From the human T2T-CHM13v2.0 reference genome, Homo sapiens, in the NCBI RefSeq assembly GCF_009914755.1, contig NC_060940.1: DNA of 64,000 bases, one strand, 5' to 3'. The position numbers and the translations under genes are program-made. Below the pieces are notes generated by a model. It was not told the origin of the DNA. It made no database searches and saw only the letters and a list, made by a program, of their open reading frames with translations. This document shows positions 29,248 to 46,800 of this stretch, in pieces (the first letter of the stretch is position 1; each line of letters begins with the position of its first letter).

Positions 29248-32200
29248 GGGTTCTGGCCCAGGCCCAGCAAGTGCTGAAATCTCCACTAGGGGAAGCTGCA
29301 GAGCGGATGGCAGCTGGGAGCCAAGACTGGAATACAGTTCTCTGGGTCAGACCCAGGCACTGGTGCGGCAGCTGCCAGACCAAACCTGTCTGCTTATTCA
29401 CACAGCCACTGCAGCCAGCCAAGAGCCCTTCTCAGGCCAGGAGACTTCTTCCTTTTCAGCTATAGCCTGGGCCTAGAGGCCGGGCCAGATGTACAGGGTG
29501 AGCTCCAGAGAAAAACTCAGTCCTTTGGGTGGTGGCACTCCTGCCAGTGACTCCACTATTCCCTGGGACTGGGAGTCTGGACCCCGGTCTGGCCTCCTGA
29601 TCCCTCCCCTCCAAAGCATCAGGGGCTGGGCCTCACCCGGGCATCTGTGTACACACTGCTCTTCCAGGCCCTGGCACAAGCTGCTGGGAGGCTTCCCCGA
29701 GTGAGCTGTCACCTCCTACTCAGGATCCTCATGAGCTCTCAAGCAGCATGAAACTTCCTCTGCTCCAGCCTCCCACTTTGCTCCACATGGCTTCTCTCCC
29801 TAGCTCAGCAACTTCCCCACTGCCAAGCACCTTTCCCCTCCCTAGGCCTCCATGACTCTCTATCCAACACCTGGGACTGGCCAGGGGGGAGTCCCCTCAT
29901 CCCAACATGAAGCGGGCAACCCAGATCTACTCTAACTGGAAACACATGGGCTGTACGGTGTACTCATCCCCATGCCAGGAGCAACCTGTGTGCTGGACCT
30001 CTCAACCATGCCCATCTCAGCCTCAGGAACAGAAATCAGACAGAACATGAAACCTGTCCAGAGTCCCAGAGTTGGGGCATAGAGGGGCTGGGATGTGGAG
30101 CAGGCCTGGGGGATTCTATCTGTCCCCAGATCTAGTTTCCTCCTCTCCTCCCCACTCTGCACCTCCTTTACCGCTCTATTCCCCAGCCCTTGACCCAGGA
30201 CAGGCTTTTCAGATACAGACTCAGCTGTCCAGACAGATTTCAGTCCCAGATGAGCTGGCAGGTGGTGGCAGAGGGGTGGGAGAAGCCAGGGCATGCCTTC
30301 TTCCCCTCCTCGGAGGCAGCCTGAACACTCACTGCTCACCTGACAGGCATGGACCATCAGCACTGTCACTGGACTGTCATCACTCAGGGACAAGTCCCTC
30401 TGGCATCCCTTGTGGCACCATCCATTCCTAGAGAAGCCAGGAATGTGTGCACGTGAATGAGGGGGCAAAGCCAAGCAGAGGGCTCTCTTCTGCAGGCCCC
30501 CCACTCCTGGGCTCAGCAAGGGCCTCCAAGCAAACACCCCTGTGCCTTGGCTGCTGCATTCTGCTGACACTGCATCTGGGGAAGCCACGGCTCCAAGCAC
30601 TGCTGGAACGCAGGCGGCTGGGTGGTTTCTGCTGGCATTTGTCAGATCAGAGCAAACCCGGGAGACTCTACTGAGAATCCTGCCCAAGGCCTGAGGAGTC
30701 TTCCTTACCAGGAAACTTATTTTTTAAAAGCCCCCAGGGACGATGTCAAAGGGCCGTTCCAGACCACTTTCCCTGGCCAAACCCCACATCTCCCTGTGAC
30801 CCAGGGAAGGGGGACAGCCTGCCAGCCAAGAAGGCGACTTAGAGAAGGAGGCCTGCTGAACCCTCAGCTCACCCATGAGGAGACCACACAGGGCTTCTAA
30901 ACCAGCTCTGGCCCTGTTGGAGAAACCTGGCTCCCAGACCCAGTGGCTGGCAGCCCCAAGCCCTAAGACAGTACTGGTCAGGCCTAGGACAAGGCTGGTT
31001 GGGATGCTCCCTCCTCCCCAGCTTCCTGCTCTCTCTGAGGGATGCGGAGGAGGGGATGTGACTGGGAGGGGACGTGACTGGGAGCAGGATCTAAGCACAG
31101 AAGGAGAGGCCTGGAACTTGTTGAGAGCTTTGTGGGAGACCTGGCCACCCAGCCCTGGCCCAGCCTCTGAGGGCAGCCAAGGACGGCAGGGGCTCTGGGA
31201 AGCCAGGGGCTAGTTCTGCTCTGGGCCTTGGGCTCAGCAGCCTGACAGCCTCAGTGATGGCCACTGAGAGGCCCAGACGTGCCCAGCCAAGGCATGAGCA
31301 AGCAGTGTTCTGGCTAGCACAGACTCGGGGGACCGCTCTGGTCTACCCACAAGCCCAGCTGTCTACCCCAAATCCTCCCATCCATGGCCCAACAACAGGA
31401 ATGTCTGGCCAGCTTGGGATCTCTCACAGTAAAAGACTTCCTTGAAGGCTGATTTCTCATGTTCAAAAGATGCTGCTGCTCTCAGGAAGTTCTCTCTGCT
31501 GTCTGACCTGAACCCCAACTCAGAAGCAGCAGACCAACTTGGTCTCCCGGTATCTCCAGCCTTCCCTCAGGCCTAGGCTTGCTCCTCAGTCTGCACCCCA
31601 GGACCTTCCCACAACTCCTCTGCTTCCCACATTCTTGTCCCCATGTTCAGATGACTCTCCCCCCAGCTCCATCTCCTGGCACTACCCAGGCCTTCTGCCC
31701 CACATCTTGGCTCCCTACTCCCAAGACCACTCTCCATACCATCACCAGAATGAAGTCCTCCAAATTGAATGGTTCGCTGTCACCTTCACCCAGCAGTCCA
31801 TGTAGCCCTGAAGCTGGAGTTCTGCCTCTCCCCCACAGCCTGTGAGGCCCCGTGCCCTCAGCCCTAGCATTACCTCAGCCCTTGACTGGTCTAACAGTGC
31901 TACTTGCTGGCCAGAGTGACCTTCCTGTGATCTCTGCTCCAGCAAGTGCTCCAGGGAAGTCCACAGGCTGCCGGAGAGAGAAGCCCTTGAAGTGCAGGAA
32001 ATAGTGCTGCTTTCTCAGGCCCATAGAGAGGCTGGGTTGGGAAGACACACCCCCAGCCTGGAAAGTGAGAGTCCCTGCCCTCCCACCTCCACAGGCCGGC
32101 CCTGTCCACCCTGAGGTTGCCTGTGTCAAGGACCATTGCCCTGGCTCCAGCAGGGGCAGCTGAGGTCTTTGAAGAGGCCTGGGAAGGCTGCAGCCCAAGA

Positions 32201-35200
32201 CCCACCTGGCATGGCTGCCCCTCTCAGGGGTCGCCAGGCTGCACCAGACTCAGGCTGGCCACACTGAGCCCCAGCTGGCACCCCTATCACCCTAGCCCTT
32301 GATTAATAGGAGGGCATGGGACACTCAGCCTGCCCAGTGCTTTCTGCTCTCTGTGTGACAAAGTATGGGCTTGGCAGCTAACCCCAGACAGGCCTTGAGA
32401 GGTGGCAGCTGGGCAGCCCTGCCCCCGCCCACTTCCTGAAACTTTTCCCAGATCCTGCCAACCCAGAAGGGGATCTTTCAGCCTCTCCAGGGCTCCCAGG
32501 CTCAGATGGCACACGGCTTTTTCAGCCCCCAGGCCTCTGCAGTTCCTCCCCAAGGGCCATAGGGAGGCAGAAAGGAGGGTCCTGGCCCGTGCCAGGGGGT
32601 TGGTCCCACATGCCCCAGGGCCCAGTAGGCATGGAGGCAGCCCCTGGCCAGCATACTGGGCGGGGCAGACCCGCTTGAGGCTCCCCCATGGCCTCATGGC
32701 CGGCCCATGGAGGGGTCTTGCTGGCCAGCTGGCCACAGCACAGTGTGAGAGGACAGAGTGTTCCCAGACTTTACTTCTGCTTTTCCAGAGGTCACTCAGT
32801 GAGGCTCTCCTGGGGAGCTCAGGGGTTTTCAGGAATTGAGGCCCACTGAATGGAACCAGATGTGAGAACATGCTCCCTAGACTCTGGTGTGCCCACAATG
32901 CCATTCTCTGCAAGGGTGGCAGAGTCTTGGAGCCTGTTCTACCACTCCCCTGGGCCTGGCTGAGAAGTCGGCTTCGAAGGGACTGGACCTGGGCTCTACC
33001 TCCAATGCTACAACTTCTACTGGCTCAAAGTAGGAAAACTCAGACAGATGGACCAATGTGGACAGATGGCCAGGCTGGTGGCCCAACAAAGCGAGAGCTG
33101 CCCTGCCCCTCCTCGGTGAATGTGCTGCGCCTGACCTCCTCCCTAGGCTCAGGAGTGGGAGGAGACCTTTTTTTTCATATCAGCTCCAAAGCAGATGTGT
33201 GCACTGGCTGGCTGGATCTGCAGGGTCAGAGCACCACATCTGGAACTCTCAGTGTGGGAGCCACAGCATAGAAACCATTAACCCTGGGTTTACCTGGGGC
33301 CTGCAGCACAGTATGAGTGTCCTCTTCAGCCCCCAGGCCTCTGCCAGGGCCCTTCGCAGGCTCTCTGCAAACCTCACGTAACACCAATTGACTGAGTAAC
33401 CCCAAGTTCCAACACTTCCTATCAAATGCCAGCTTTCCCCCCTCCCCCCATGCCATCTGCCATTCCCCATCCGGAACCTTGGCACTATCACCCTCAACTG
33501 GGGTATCCATGGCACCTTTCCCTGGCCAGTGCAGGCCCACCCATCACCCATCAGCTGATCCATCCCACAGCCCCAGCCCCCTCTGCAGATCCATTTTGCC
33601 AGATCACTGGCTTCAAGACATTATTCCTTAGGCAGCTGAGTGGGACAGGGGAGAAAGAATCTGGGCTTCAGAGCCACAAGGACCTGGGTTCAAATCCTGT
33701 CTACAAATTGGCCCTAAAACACTTGTGGAATCTCTCTGGAACCAGGCCCCTGGCCAGTCACCAGGTAACAGGTTCTGCAGTGCCAGCCTCCCAGGGCACT
33801 GCACAGACACTGAGCAAAGGCAGCGGTTTACAGAGAGCTGAGCACAGCATACCACAGTCCATTTCTCCTGGCAGACACCATGAGCCCAGCAGTGTGTAGC
33901 CTTGACTCCAGGCTGTTGCTTAGGCTGTCCTACTAAGTCCTGTACAGAAGGTACCTGTTCCTCCTCTCCATGGTCTGTCCCAACCCTTTCCCAGGCCTCT
34001 AGCATGCTGTCCTCCCTGTCATAAAGCCTGCAGGGGACCTTGTGCAGCATGAGCATGCTAACACTCTGCTATCTCCTGGGGAAAGAGAAACAGGGCTGGC
34101 TCAAGAGCCGGGGCTTCTGTCCCCAAACCTACATCTCACCTATCAGCAAGATCATAGAGAGCTCTGAGCAGCCCCAGCAACCTGGATAGAGAGAGGCAAG
34201 GACAGAACTCTGCACCACCCACCACACCCTGAGTTGCCCTGAGGGTCTCAGGAGCAGGTAGGAGGTAGTATAGCCAAGGACAGCTCTTGCTTCATGGGAA
34301 ACCTCTGGGCTGGCAGGCCAGTAGTCTTGGGAAGAACCTGGAGTCTCCTGCTGGCACGGTCACATGCAAGTTACTAGGTTTCAGGTGGCTAAGGCAGAGC
34401 TCCTGCAGGGAAAAGACAGTAAGTTCTCCTTCCTCGGTCCCTGGACCTACATTTTGTTTCATGCTAGAGGTTTTTCAGTGAGGTGAGGCACTCACAGTAG
34501 GGGAATGGGGCCAATCTGCAGAGATGGTCCAGCTGACACCAGGGGCCAGCGGCACCGACCATCAGCAACATCAGACACAGGGATCAAATGGGAGAGTCAC
34601 CTCCCAAGTCCAGGAAGCAAAAGGATGTCTGCCCTGGGTTCATCACCCCACTCCCTGCTCTGGGACAGGTGGTAGGTGGTGGCAGAGACACATTTAATTA
34701 CCCTCATACTCTCAGGAACACCTTGTCCCTGAGGCTGGGAGGATGAAAGCATTTCTCACATCCTAGGAGGAAGTCAACTCGTTTGACAGTCAGGAGGGTG
34801 CCAGGCAGGCGACAGTCCCATGTGCCAAAGGGAGGGGCAGAACTGGTTACTGCTGCACCCAGGGCAAGTTCCAAGAAGCTCTCCTCTGACTGAGTGGAGA
34901 TCCGCCTGGACAGCCCGTCACCAGGCCGTCCCCACCCAGGCCTGAAGGCTCCATGGGACTGGCATGTCCCAGGAGACACAGGGCTTGCAGGGCAGCTTTC
35001 CTATGTTCCCTGGCCACAGCCCAGCCTGAGAATCAGACAACCCAGCCTCACCCTGGGAGGTGGGGGCCACACCCTCCTCTGTTGATGCCCTGCACTTTGA
35101 CCGAAGCAAGCTATTTCTTCTCCAGGTTTGCCACCACGGTTATAGAACCGGCAGGTTGGGGTGGATCTGGAACTGTGAAGAAGAGCTTCTTTTCATTTTC

Positions 35201-35287
35201 CCAAAGATGTGAGTTTGCCTGGGCATGAGTAAGAGGTAAAGTGGTCTGGCCTGGCCAGATGCCAGGTAGCCCAAGGAAGGCCAGTTA

Positions 35288-35680
<393 letters not shown>

Positions 35681-35972
35681 TCAGCTCTTGATGCTGGGCT
35701 CCTGTTCCACACGCACAGCCATCTTCAGAAGGACACGAAGGAAAGTTGGGGCTCACTCAGTTGGAGGTGGAGGGGATTTCTAGGGCTCCCTAGAGGTGGC
35801 TGTTCTCAGTGAGAATAAGCAGGTCAGGCTGGATCCTGGCAGGAGCATCCTGCCAGTTCCACGGTGCCTAGAGCCAGCCCAAAGGAGAAAAGTAGGAAAT
35901 ACTCATTTTGCTTTGACCTAGGCCCTGTGTTTGGGCTCGTGGGATCAAACCTCATCTGGGGCTGTGAGCTCA

Positions 35973-36390
<418 letters not shown>

Positions 36391-38961
36391 AAACTGGACA
36401 GAGCAGCCCAGGCCAGAGGTAGAGTTAATCCATCCCATACCTTTCGCTGGCAGAGCCAAGAGGCTTGGTCCAGGCAAGAAGATGGCAGAAGCAGTAACTA
36501 TACAAGCTGGTCCAGTACAGCACCCCCAGGACCCCACCCACCCTGCCTTTCAGCCCTCCCCTCAGCGGCCCTGCTCAAGGGCCTTGTGGGACAGGTGCGG
36601 GGGCAACAGTAACATGCCAGAGTGAGCCAGTGCTGTGGACCTGGGCTGGCCCCTGGGAGGGACGTGGTCACCTGCTTGACCACACAGTGGAAGCTAGGTC
36701 CAAATGACTGAAGCCACTGGGGGAGGTGGGAGGCATGGAGCCTGGGCAGATACCGAAGGGTGACATTCCAGGACCCTGTGCTCTCCCAGGCCTTGTGATA
36801 TGGTATCTAGTTTGAAGGTTAAAGGGTTGGGGGCATGGGAAAACAGGCAGAGCTGAACCCATGACCTGGCAGCCTCAGGGCCTTGTGTGCTACATCATGG
36901 ACTGCAGCTCATCTGTATTCATCAGCTCCCAACCCTTCAAGTTTCAAGCTAGATCCCATGTGGCAAGGCCTGAGGAAAAGACAAGGGCCCCAGAAACAGG
37001 GTCCTTTTTGCATGACTACCCGTTCCTGAGTTGGGGGCCAGTTCACAGAGATATAGTCCAGGCATCCTTGAGTGAACAAATGGAAGAATAGATAAAGGGG
37101 GAAAAAAATCAAAGAACATAGAGTGATTGGTCAGGAACTGCCAAGACAGGTGTCAGGAGACCATAATTACGCCCTTGGGCCTTACCTTGGACCCAGCTTC
37201 CCAGATGAAGAGAGCTGGATAACGGTACCTCCAGGAGCCTGTCCAGCTATGACACTGTTCTAGCCTCGTCAGGCCCAGACCACATTGACTCCCTGCAACC
37301 CAGCCCCTGAGGGCCACTCAGGGGCTCCCAGTGAGACCAGTGGCCTGGATACCCATGGAACAGCCTCAGAAGAACTGATGACAGCTGCAGGGGAGACCCT
37401 GGGGCTGTGGAGCCTCTGAGTGGCCACCAGCACAGGGACAAGGGCAGGCAGTAAAAGCTGAGTTTCAGATGACTCCTCAGAGGGAAAAGCCCCATCCACC
37501 AGCCAAGCACGAAAGCCTCTGTTGAGGTCAAGGCCTGAAAACCATTGCCTGAGCATCCAAAGTGGGGCAAGGTCTGGGCAAGTGCCCAGGGCCAGGCAAG
37601 AGCTGGCCAGGAAAGCAGTGTCCAGCACCAGTCAGGGCTGCTCCTCCACATATTCCTTTCCCCTGCCACCAATCTGCCCAGCGGTCCTCAGGACCACACA
37701 CATTCACACAGGGGCAATCCCAGCACTGCCCCTTGTGCCTACTCCTTGGTCCTTCAGGGGAGTTGCTAGGTTTGGACACACAGAGCAGGTGCCCAGGCCA
37801 CAAAGCAGCAGCCTAGCCTACTAAAGCACCCTTCGGGGCCTTGACTTTCCTGCCTCTGAAAAGGAGGAAGACCAACATTCTAGTGCAGGATAGATTTTTT
37901 AAAACATCAGCCAGGGAGTAGGTGTTGGATGAGGCAGACGCCAAGGAGCCCAATGGAGAGGCCTCCAAACTGGGGTACAGGGTAGGAGAGACTTGTCAAT
38001 CAACTGATAACCCATCGCCAGCCTGACCGTGTGGACCTGCAGTGCTTACATGGTGTTCAGGTGCCTGGTTTGGCCATCTCCCGGAGTCACCCTGCATATA
38101 TGTACCTATACATGCCACATACATCCTACATGCCCCTCAGAGGGAGTGCCAAATGAGGTTGAGGAGAGAGAAAAATTCATCCTCTGTCCTGAAGACAAAT
38201 TTTCCCTCTCCTGGAGAGGCCAGGGTGGCAAGACAAGAGTGGTGACTACCTAGGGAGGTGCATGGTTCTAGGAGCCTGAGAAGTGTAGCCCTGATCCCTG
38301 GGCTGCCTCAAGCTCCTACTTGGAGCTCCCAAGACCCATGGGTTCATAGCACACTGTGCTGTACCTGCAGCTCCAACTCTGAGCTGCTGGCATGACCCAG
38401 GTGAGGGTAAATGAGGACGGTGTGGTGGGCAAGGCTGGAGCAGCCTGCACTGGGCACCAAGGCAAAGAGCATCAGGAAATGTCCCCTGGCCTTCTCCTTC
38501 CCAACCCAGGAAGATAGGGCACAGGGAGGTGAGGATGGGTAGAGGTACACAGACAGGAGACACTAAGCGACAAGCCCTACCTCATCTGAGAAGGCCAACT
38601 GAGACTTAAGTGAGGGAAGTAGGGCCCAGAGCAGAGACCCAAGGGACAGTGCTGGTGGCAGCTGCCCCACGGAAAAGCAGAGAGAGAGCCTGGATGACTC
38701 ACGGGGTCCAGCCACACCTCCCTCCCCAGGCTCCTTGAGAAGTGGAGTGATCCTGGCGCACCCCCTTGTGGTGGGAGGATGGCATTGTCCACAGCGAGGG
38801 GCCCCTCTGGTGGGAAGAGGGTACGCCAGCTCCAGTTCCCCTTCAACACATCCCTCCAATTTAATCACTGCCTCAGACTCCTGGTCAGCATCTCCCAGTC
38901 ATCAACCTCTGAGGGAGTGGGACTACAGGTACCCACAGAGCTATGCAGGAATGTCTCATAA

Positions 38962-39600
<639 letters not shown>

Positions 39601-39996
39601 CAATAGGTGGATATAAGCCTGGAAAGCCAAACCGGAGACCACACAGACCTGAGTCGGTCATAAGGAACTGGTCTGTCTTGCATGAGTGAAGACAAAGCCT
39701 TCAGAGGGACAAGGCTGAAGAGGACGTGGAGGGAAGCATGGGCATCCTCAGCCCTCTACACTCTTGCTCTCCCTCTCAGCCAGACCCTCCCAAGTCTCCA
39801 ATTCCCTTTATCTAAGTCTCAACTCCTTTTGTCTCTACTGCCTAGTATGTGTCTAATAAAAGCAAGTGCTTAATAACTCAGAAACAGGGAAATCTATGAT
39901 ATGGTGCATCCCTGGGGTTGGGGGGTGGGAGACTTGGCTTTTCCTCCCCCACACCCCCAAAGCCTAGTACTCAGCCAGTGCCAGTAGAGCTGTCAT

Positions 39997-40293
<297 letters not shown>

Positions 40294-40866
40294 TCACTCA
40301 TCCAATCAGGCAAATATCTATTGAGCATCCACTCTGGCTAGGACTGCGCTGTTGAATCCTTACAACCTACGAGTAAGTGATTTCTGTTTCATTTTACAAG
40401 TGGGCAAATACATCTCTGCATCACACAGCTGTCCGGAAGGGAGCCATGGTCTGCCTGATGCCTGGCTCCACACAGAAGAACTCAAGAAAGGTTCTGGCAA
40501 CCCATAGGGGCACTAGGGTCCTGACCCTGAGCAGGCGCAGATGACTTAGAGACAGTCATATCATGTCCTTGCACCTGTTCATTCTGGATGCAGATCCTCC
40601 TAACAAGCTGCAGTGTGTCTGATCACTGAGCTCAAAGCCCAAGAGCAGCTACAGGTTGGGAAGGGGACCCTGGTGCTATAGCAGGCATCCTGACCACAGC
40701 AGGAAGAGTGAATGGGTGGCCTGACAGAAGGCCAGGGACAAAACTATGGGAGGCAGACCTGGGCCCTCAGGGACAGTGGTTCTGTTCCATCTCATTCCAA
40801 GTCTAACAGCCGTTAATGCAGGAGAGACTCTGCTATGTTCAGTGTATGCCACTTAAGAAAGCAGGG

Positions 40867-41414
<548 letters not shown>

Positions 41415-41799
41415 AAGCAAGCAGGGAAATGAGACTAATATATTCCAGAAGTGTATTATGCAATGTTTAAAATAAGGTGTTGAAGCATTTCCGTCTCTGC
41501 CATCAAGAAACCCTAGTCACCCAGAAAGCCTTATTTACTAAGGGCCCTGAATGGCTGACATCTGCCTAGGCTGAGGGTACTTCAAAAGGCCTAGCAGGGG
41601 TTCAAGCACTGGCTCCACCTCGGAAACCAGGCCCAAGAAATCGCTGAGTAAACCCAAGAAAAAGTATATGTTATCACCCACCAGAGCAAGTTCTGACAAG
41701 ACATCCTGTGGCAGGGATTTGGAAACAGCAGTTATTGGCTCCTGTGGGGACTCTTACTGACTTGACCATAAATAGCTTCTCAGATAAAATCGGGCTAAA

Positions 41800-42105
41800 G
41801 GCCAGGCGCGGTGGCTCACACCTGTAATCCCATCACTTTGGGAGGCCAAGGCAGGTGGATCACAAGGTCAGGAGTTTGAGACCAGCCTGACCAACATGGT
41901 GAAACCGCATCTCTACTAAAAATACAAAAATTAGCCAGGCGTGGTGGCACACGCCTGTAATCCCAGTTACTCAGAAAGCTGAGGCAGGAGGATCGTTTCA
42001 ACCTGGGAGGCGGAGGTTGCAGTGAGCCGAGATTGCGCCATTGCACTCCAGCCTAGGCAACAAAGCAAGACTCCTTCTCAAAATAAATAAATAAATAAAT
42101 AAATA
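41800..42105 (+). mobile_element. Alu (S family) with a (TAAA)n tail
   Basis: 16-bp TSD ATAAAATCGGGCTAAA (41784-41799, 42106-42121). Confidence 0.95.
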
Positions 42106-42519
42106 ATAAAATCGGGCTAAAGTATATGCCAGTGCAAGATGTAACCAACAAAGGGAATACAGGAGTAGGGGTCAGGAGGAAGAGGCAAAGGACAGACAGA
42201 AAAACAGCCAGTTAAGTGGTCACCTGCTCACAGTGGCTATACCTGGACAGGGGCCCTGCAGCTCTGGCCAGCTGACATGAGAAGGGTCCAGCTCTGGCCT
42301 GGGCCCTCAAGCACCCCCATAGGACTTGGGAGTCTTCAGGTGTAAAGAGAAGTGGCTTCATGGGGGTTCCCTAAGACTCAGACCAGCCCTACAATGCCCC
42401 ACAATGCGAAACAAAACCTGGACCACAAAGGTCCCAGGCTCTCCAGCACAGGCCTCAGCTTTGATGGCTGCTGGGTGTGGGTACCCTTCTCTTTGCTTAC
42501 CTATATGTCCTAATTTTCC

Positions 42520-43110
42520 TTAAATATCTTTATTGAATGTATCAAATTATAAAATGTGTTCACTGTAATACATTTAAACAATAGAAGAGTACATAAAAAG
42601 TCAACATTGAAATCTTCCCCCTACCAGCCTCTATAAATCCCTCTCCCCAGAGGTTGTCACTCATGACAACTTGGCGCCTATGCTTCCAAAAACATGCATA
42701 TATGTCCATCTGGTAGTCTACCAAGATGAGGGATTACATGTAACGCTTTGCAACTTTTCACCTAACAACATATTTCTAAATCAGCCCTTATGGAACTTCA
42801 TGCTTTTGAGCACTCTCTCGTAGTATTCCATTGTAAGAATAGACCATGGTTTACTTAACCAGACCATAACCAAATCACCGGATATTCCATTGGTTCTAAT
42901 AGTTTGCTGCTACCAACAAGGCTGGCATAAACACCTCTGTACATGCTATCCCATGTTAATCTACGGGACACAATCTTATAAGTTGGGTTGCAGGGTCGCA
43001 CGGTATATACATGCAGTGTTTTGACAAAGGGGTGACAATGTATACCCCTTGGAGAGTCTACACCAAGTCATCCTTCTACCAACTTTTTGGAATTAAAAAA
43101 TTATATTTAG
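42520..43110 (-). mobile_element. Old L1 (L1M-type) 3' fragment
   Basis: AT-rich, with L1 3'UTR-like phrases such as TAGTATTCCATTGT. Boundaries approximate. Confidence 0.55.
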
Positions 43111-43834
43111 TCAAAAAGAAAACAAGAAAACAAAAAACCACCATGCCCCAGCATCATGCAGGAAGAGACACGGCAGGAATCTGGAGGGAGAGCCCAGCTG
43201 TCCCTCTCTCTGCTCCGCTTGCCAAACTGGGCTCCATGCCAGGTGTCCTCGTTAGGCCACACTTGTGTCCACTTGGCCCACAGTTAAGGCTGCTCTCTAG
43301 CCTCCTGGCAGGACTTGTGGGCAGAGCTAGGCTTCCAAGGCAGGCTTGCCCGGCTATGAGCCAACAGATGGCCTGGCGCGGGCCTAACTGCCACCAGCCA
43401 GTGTACTGGTGACTTCCAGGTTAATATCTTTAGTGTTACTATCTCACACAGCCAACTGCCTGCCGGACTCCCTCAGACATCTGAGATAGAATACTTCCCC
43501 TCCCACCCCCCAATCTGCACCCCTAACTTTCCTATCCCTTCTCTGGTAGCCCGTATCTCAAAAGGAGCTCCAGCATCCACCCAGTCATTTATTAAGCCAG
43601 CAGCCTGACTTCTAACCCTCTTCACCCACATCTAATAAAAACTGGACCAATCTTGTGGGTTTCATCTCCCAAGCTGATCTCTGACCTGGTCCTTCATCCC
43701 CCCTCATTCCACTCCAGCCCTGGTTAGTCCATATTCTCCTACCTAGAGAGCTGCAAGAGCAGCTAGCAAGTGTCCTGCTTCTGGCCTGCTCCCACAAATC
43801 CATCCTCTAGAGCCTCAGAGCAAGTTTCTTTTTT

Positions 43835-44411
43835 GTTTATAATTGACGTGTAACAATTGCACATATTTATAGGATACATGTGATATTTTGATACATATAT
43901 ACACTGTGTAATGAATGATCAATTCAGGGTAATTAGCATATCCATCAACTCAAACATTTATTATTTCTTTGTTTTTGAGACAGAGTCTGGTTCTGTTGCC
44001 CAGACTGGAGTACAGTGGGGGTGACCCTGGCTCACTGCAACCTCTGCCTCCTGGGTTCAAGCAATTCTCCTGCCTCACCCTCCCAAGTAGCTGGGGATTA
44101 CAGGCATGCGCCACCACGCCCGGCTAATTTTTGTATTCTTAGTAGATATGGGGGTTTCACCATGTTGCCCAGGGTGGTCTTGAACTCCTGACCTCAAGCG
44201 ATCTACCTGCCTCAGCCTCCTAAAGGGCTGGGATTACAGGCATGAGCCACCACACGTGGCCTATTATTTCTTTGTGTTGAGAACATTCAAAATCCTCTCT
44301 TACAGCAGTTTGAAAATATATAATGAATTATTGTTAAATACAGTCACCCTATGGTATAGAATAGAACTTCTCCTATCTAGCTGTAATTTTATACAGATTA
44401 ATCATCCCCTC
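43835..44411 (-). mobile_element. L1MA-type 3' end with a nested Alu (43973-44261)
   Basis: L1 3' terminal sequence. Outer direct repeat CCTCAGAGCAAGTTTCTTTTTT, inner TSD TATTATTTCTTTGT. Confidence 0.85.
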
Positions 44412-44451
44412 CCTCAGAGCAAGTTTCTTTTTTAAAAAAAATTATTATTAA

Positions 44452-44713
44452 TTTTTTTTTTGAGACGGGGTCTCTCTCTGTTGCCCAGGCTGGAGTGTAG
44501 TGGTGTGATCACGGCTCACTACAGCCTCAACCTCCCAGGCCCAAGCGACCTTCCCACCTCAGCCTCCCATATTATTATTTTTTTAGAGATTGGGCCGGGG
44601 GGTGGTTCTCACTATGTTGCCCAGGCTGGCCTCAAACTCCTGGGCTCAAGTGATGCTCCCACCTCAGCCTCCTCAGTGGCTGAGATTACAGGCGTTAGCC
44701 ACCACACCAGGCC
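44452..44713 (-). mobile_element. Internally deleted AluJ-type element
   Basis: Both arms recognisable, central part missing. Confidence 0.88.
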
Positions 44714-45357
44714 CAGTGAGTTTCTAATTGTATCATACCACCAACCCTACCTCCTCCACAATTCCCCTTTTCTTCACCCAGTGAGGGGTTAGGTTCCCAC
44801 ACTGGCTCATGACAGCGAGATGCCAAACCTCCCCCCTGCCTAGCCCTAGCCTCCATTCCTGCTCTGGGGCCTCATTCTCGCAGGCAGCAGCAGCAGCAAG
44901 CTGGAGGGGAGCAACAGGTGCAGCAGGCTGCCAGACACCACCAACAACCTGTGCCAGTTCATCCGCCACTGAGCACTGGGGTCCCCTTGTGCAGCAATGC
45001 CACTGCCCAGGGCAGTGGGGCCAACAAGAGGGAAAAACTTCAGGCTTGTGTGGGGTCCAGGCTCTCACAACTCAACATGCTCATTCCCTTTCTTCCACAG
45101 AGTAAATGTTCCTTCCATTATTGCCTTCTGCACACCCTTCTCCCAATGCCCTCCCCCAGCCCCCAGCTCCTCTCTCTTGCTTGTAGTCACTAGATTGCCA
45201 GTACCATGTCATCTCTTCCTTTGGATCACGTTTGACTCAGAGGAATTTAGGACTGAGCTAAGCTCATCTTGCTGTCCAAGTTGTGGTCATCTAATTTCAC
45301 CAATTCAATAGAGTTTCCTTTGACAAACAAAATGAAATGTATAAAATATTTCCAGGC

Positions 45358-45701
<344 letters not shown>

Positions 45702-46009
45702 CTACACATTAACCTTAATCTAAGAATCTCTCTCTTTTTAAAACAATTTTTTACCATAACTTTCATCCTTCCTGAGCAATATGTCCTTCTAAGACACCCA
45801 CAGCCTTCCAGGAACCAGCCCAATGCATCTATCCAGACCTCGCTGCTGCAAATCCTCGACACACACTCTACTTTCTCCTTCCACCTCCCAAGGCTGCTGT
45901 CATGCACGAGGCAGTTTCGTGTTTCTGAGACTACTAATGCCATTCCTTCTCCCTATGCTCTTCCCACCTCTTGGCCTGGCTAATTTGGGGCTGGGGGGGG
46001 TGGCGCAGC

Positions 46010-46800
<791 letters not shown>

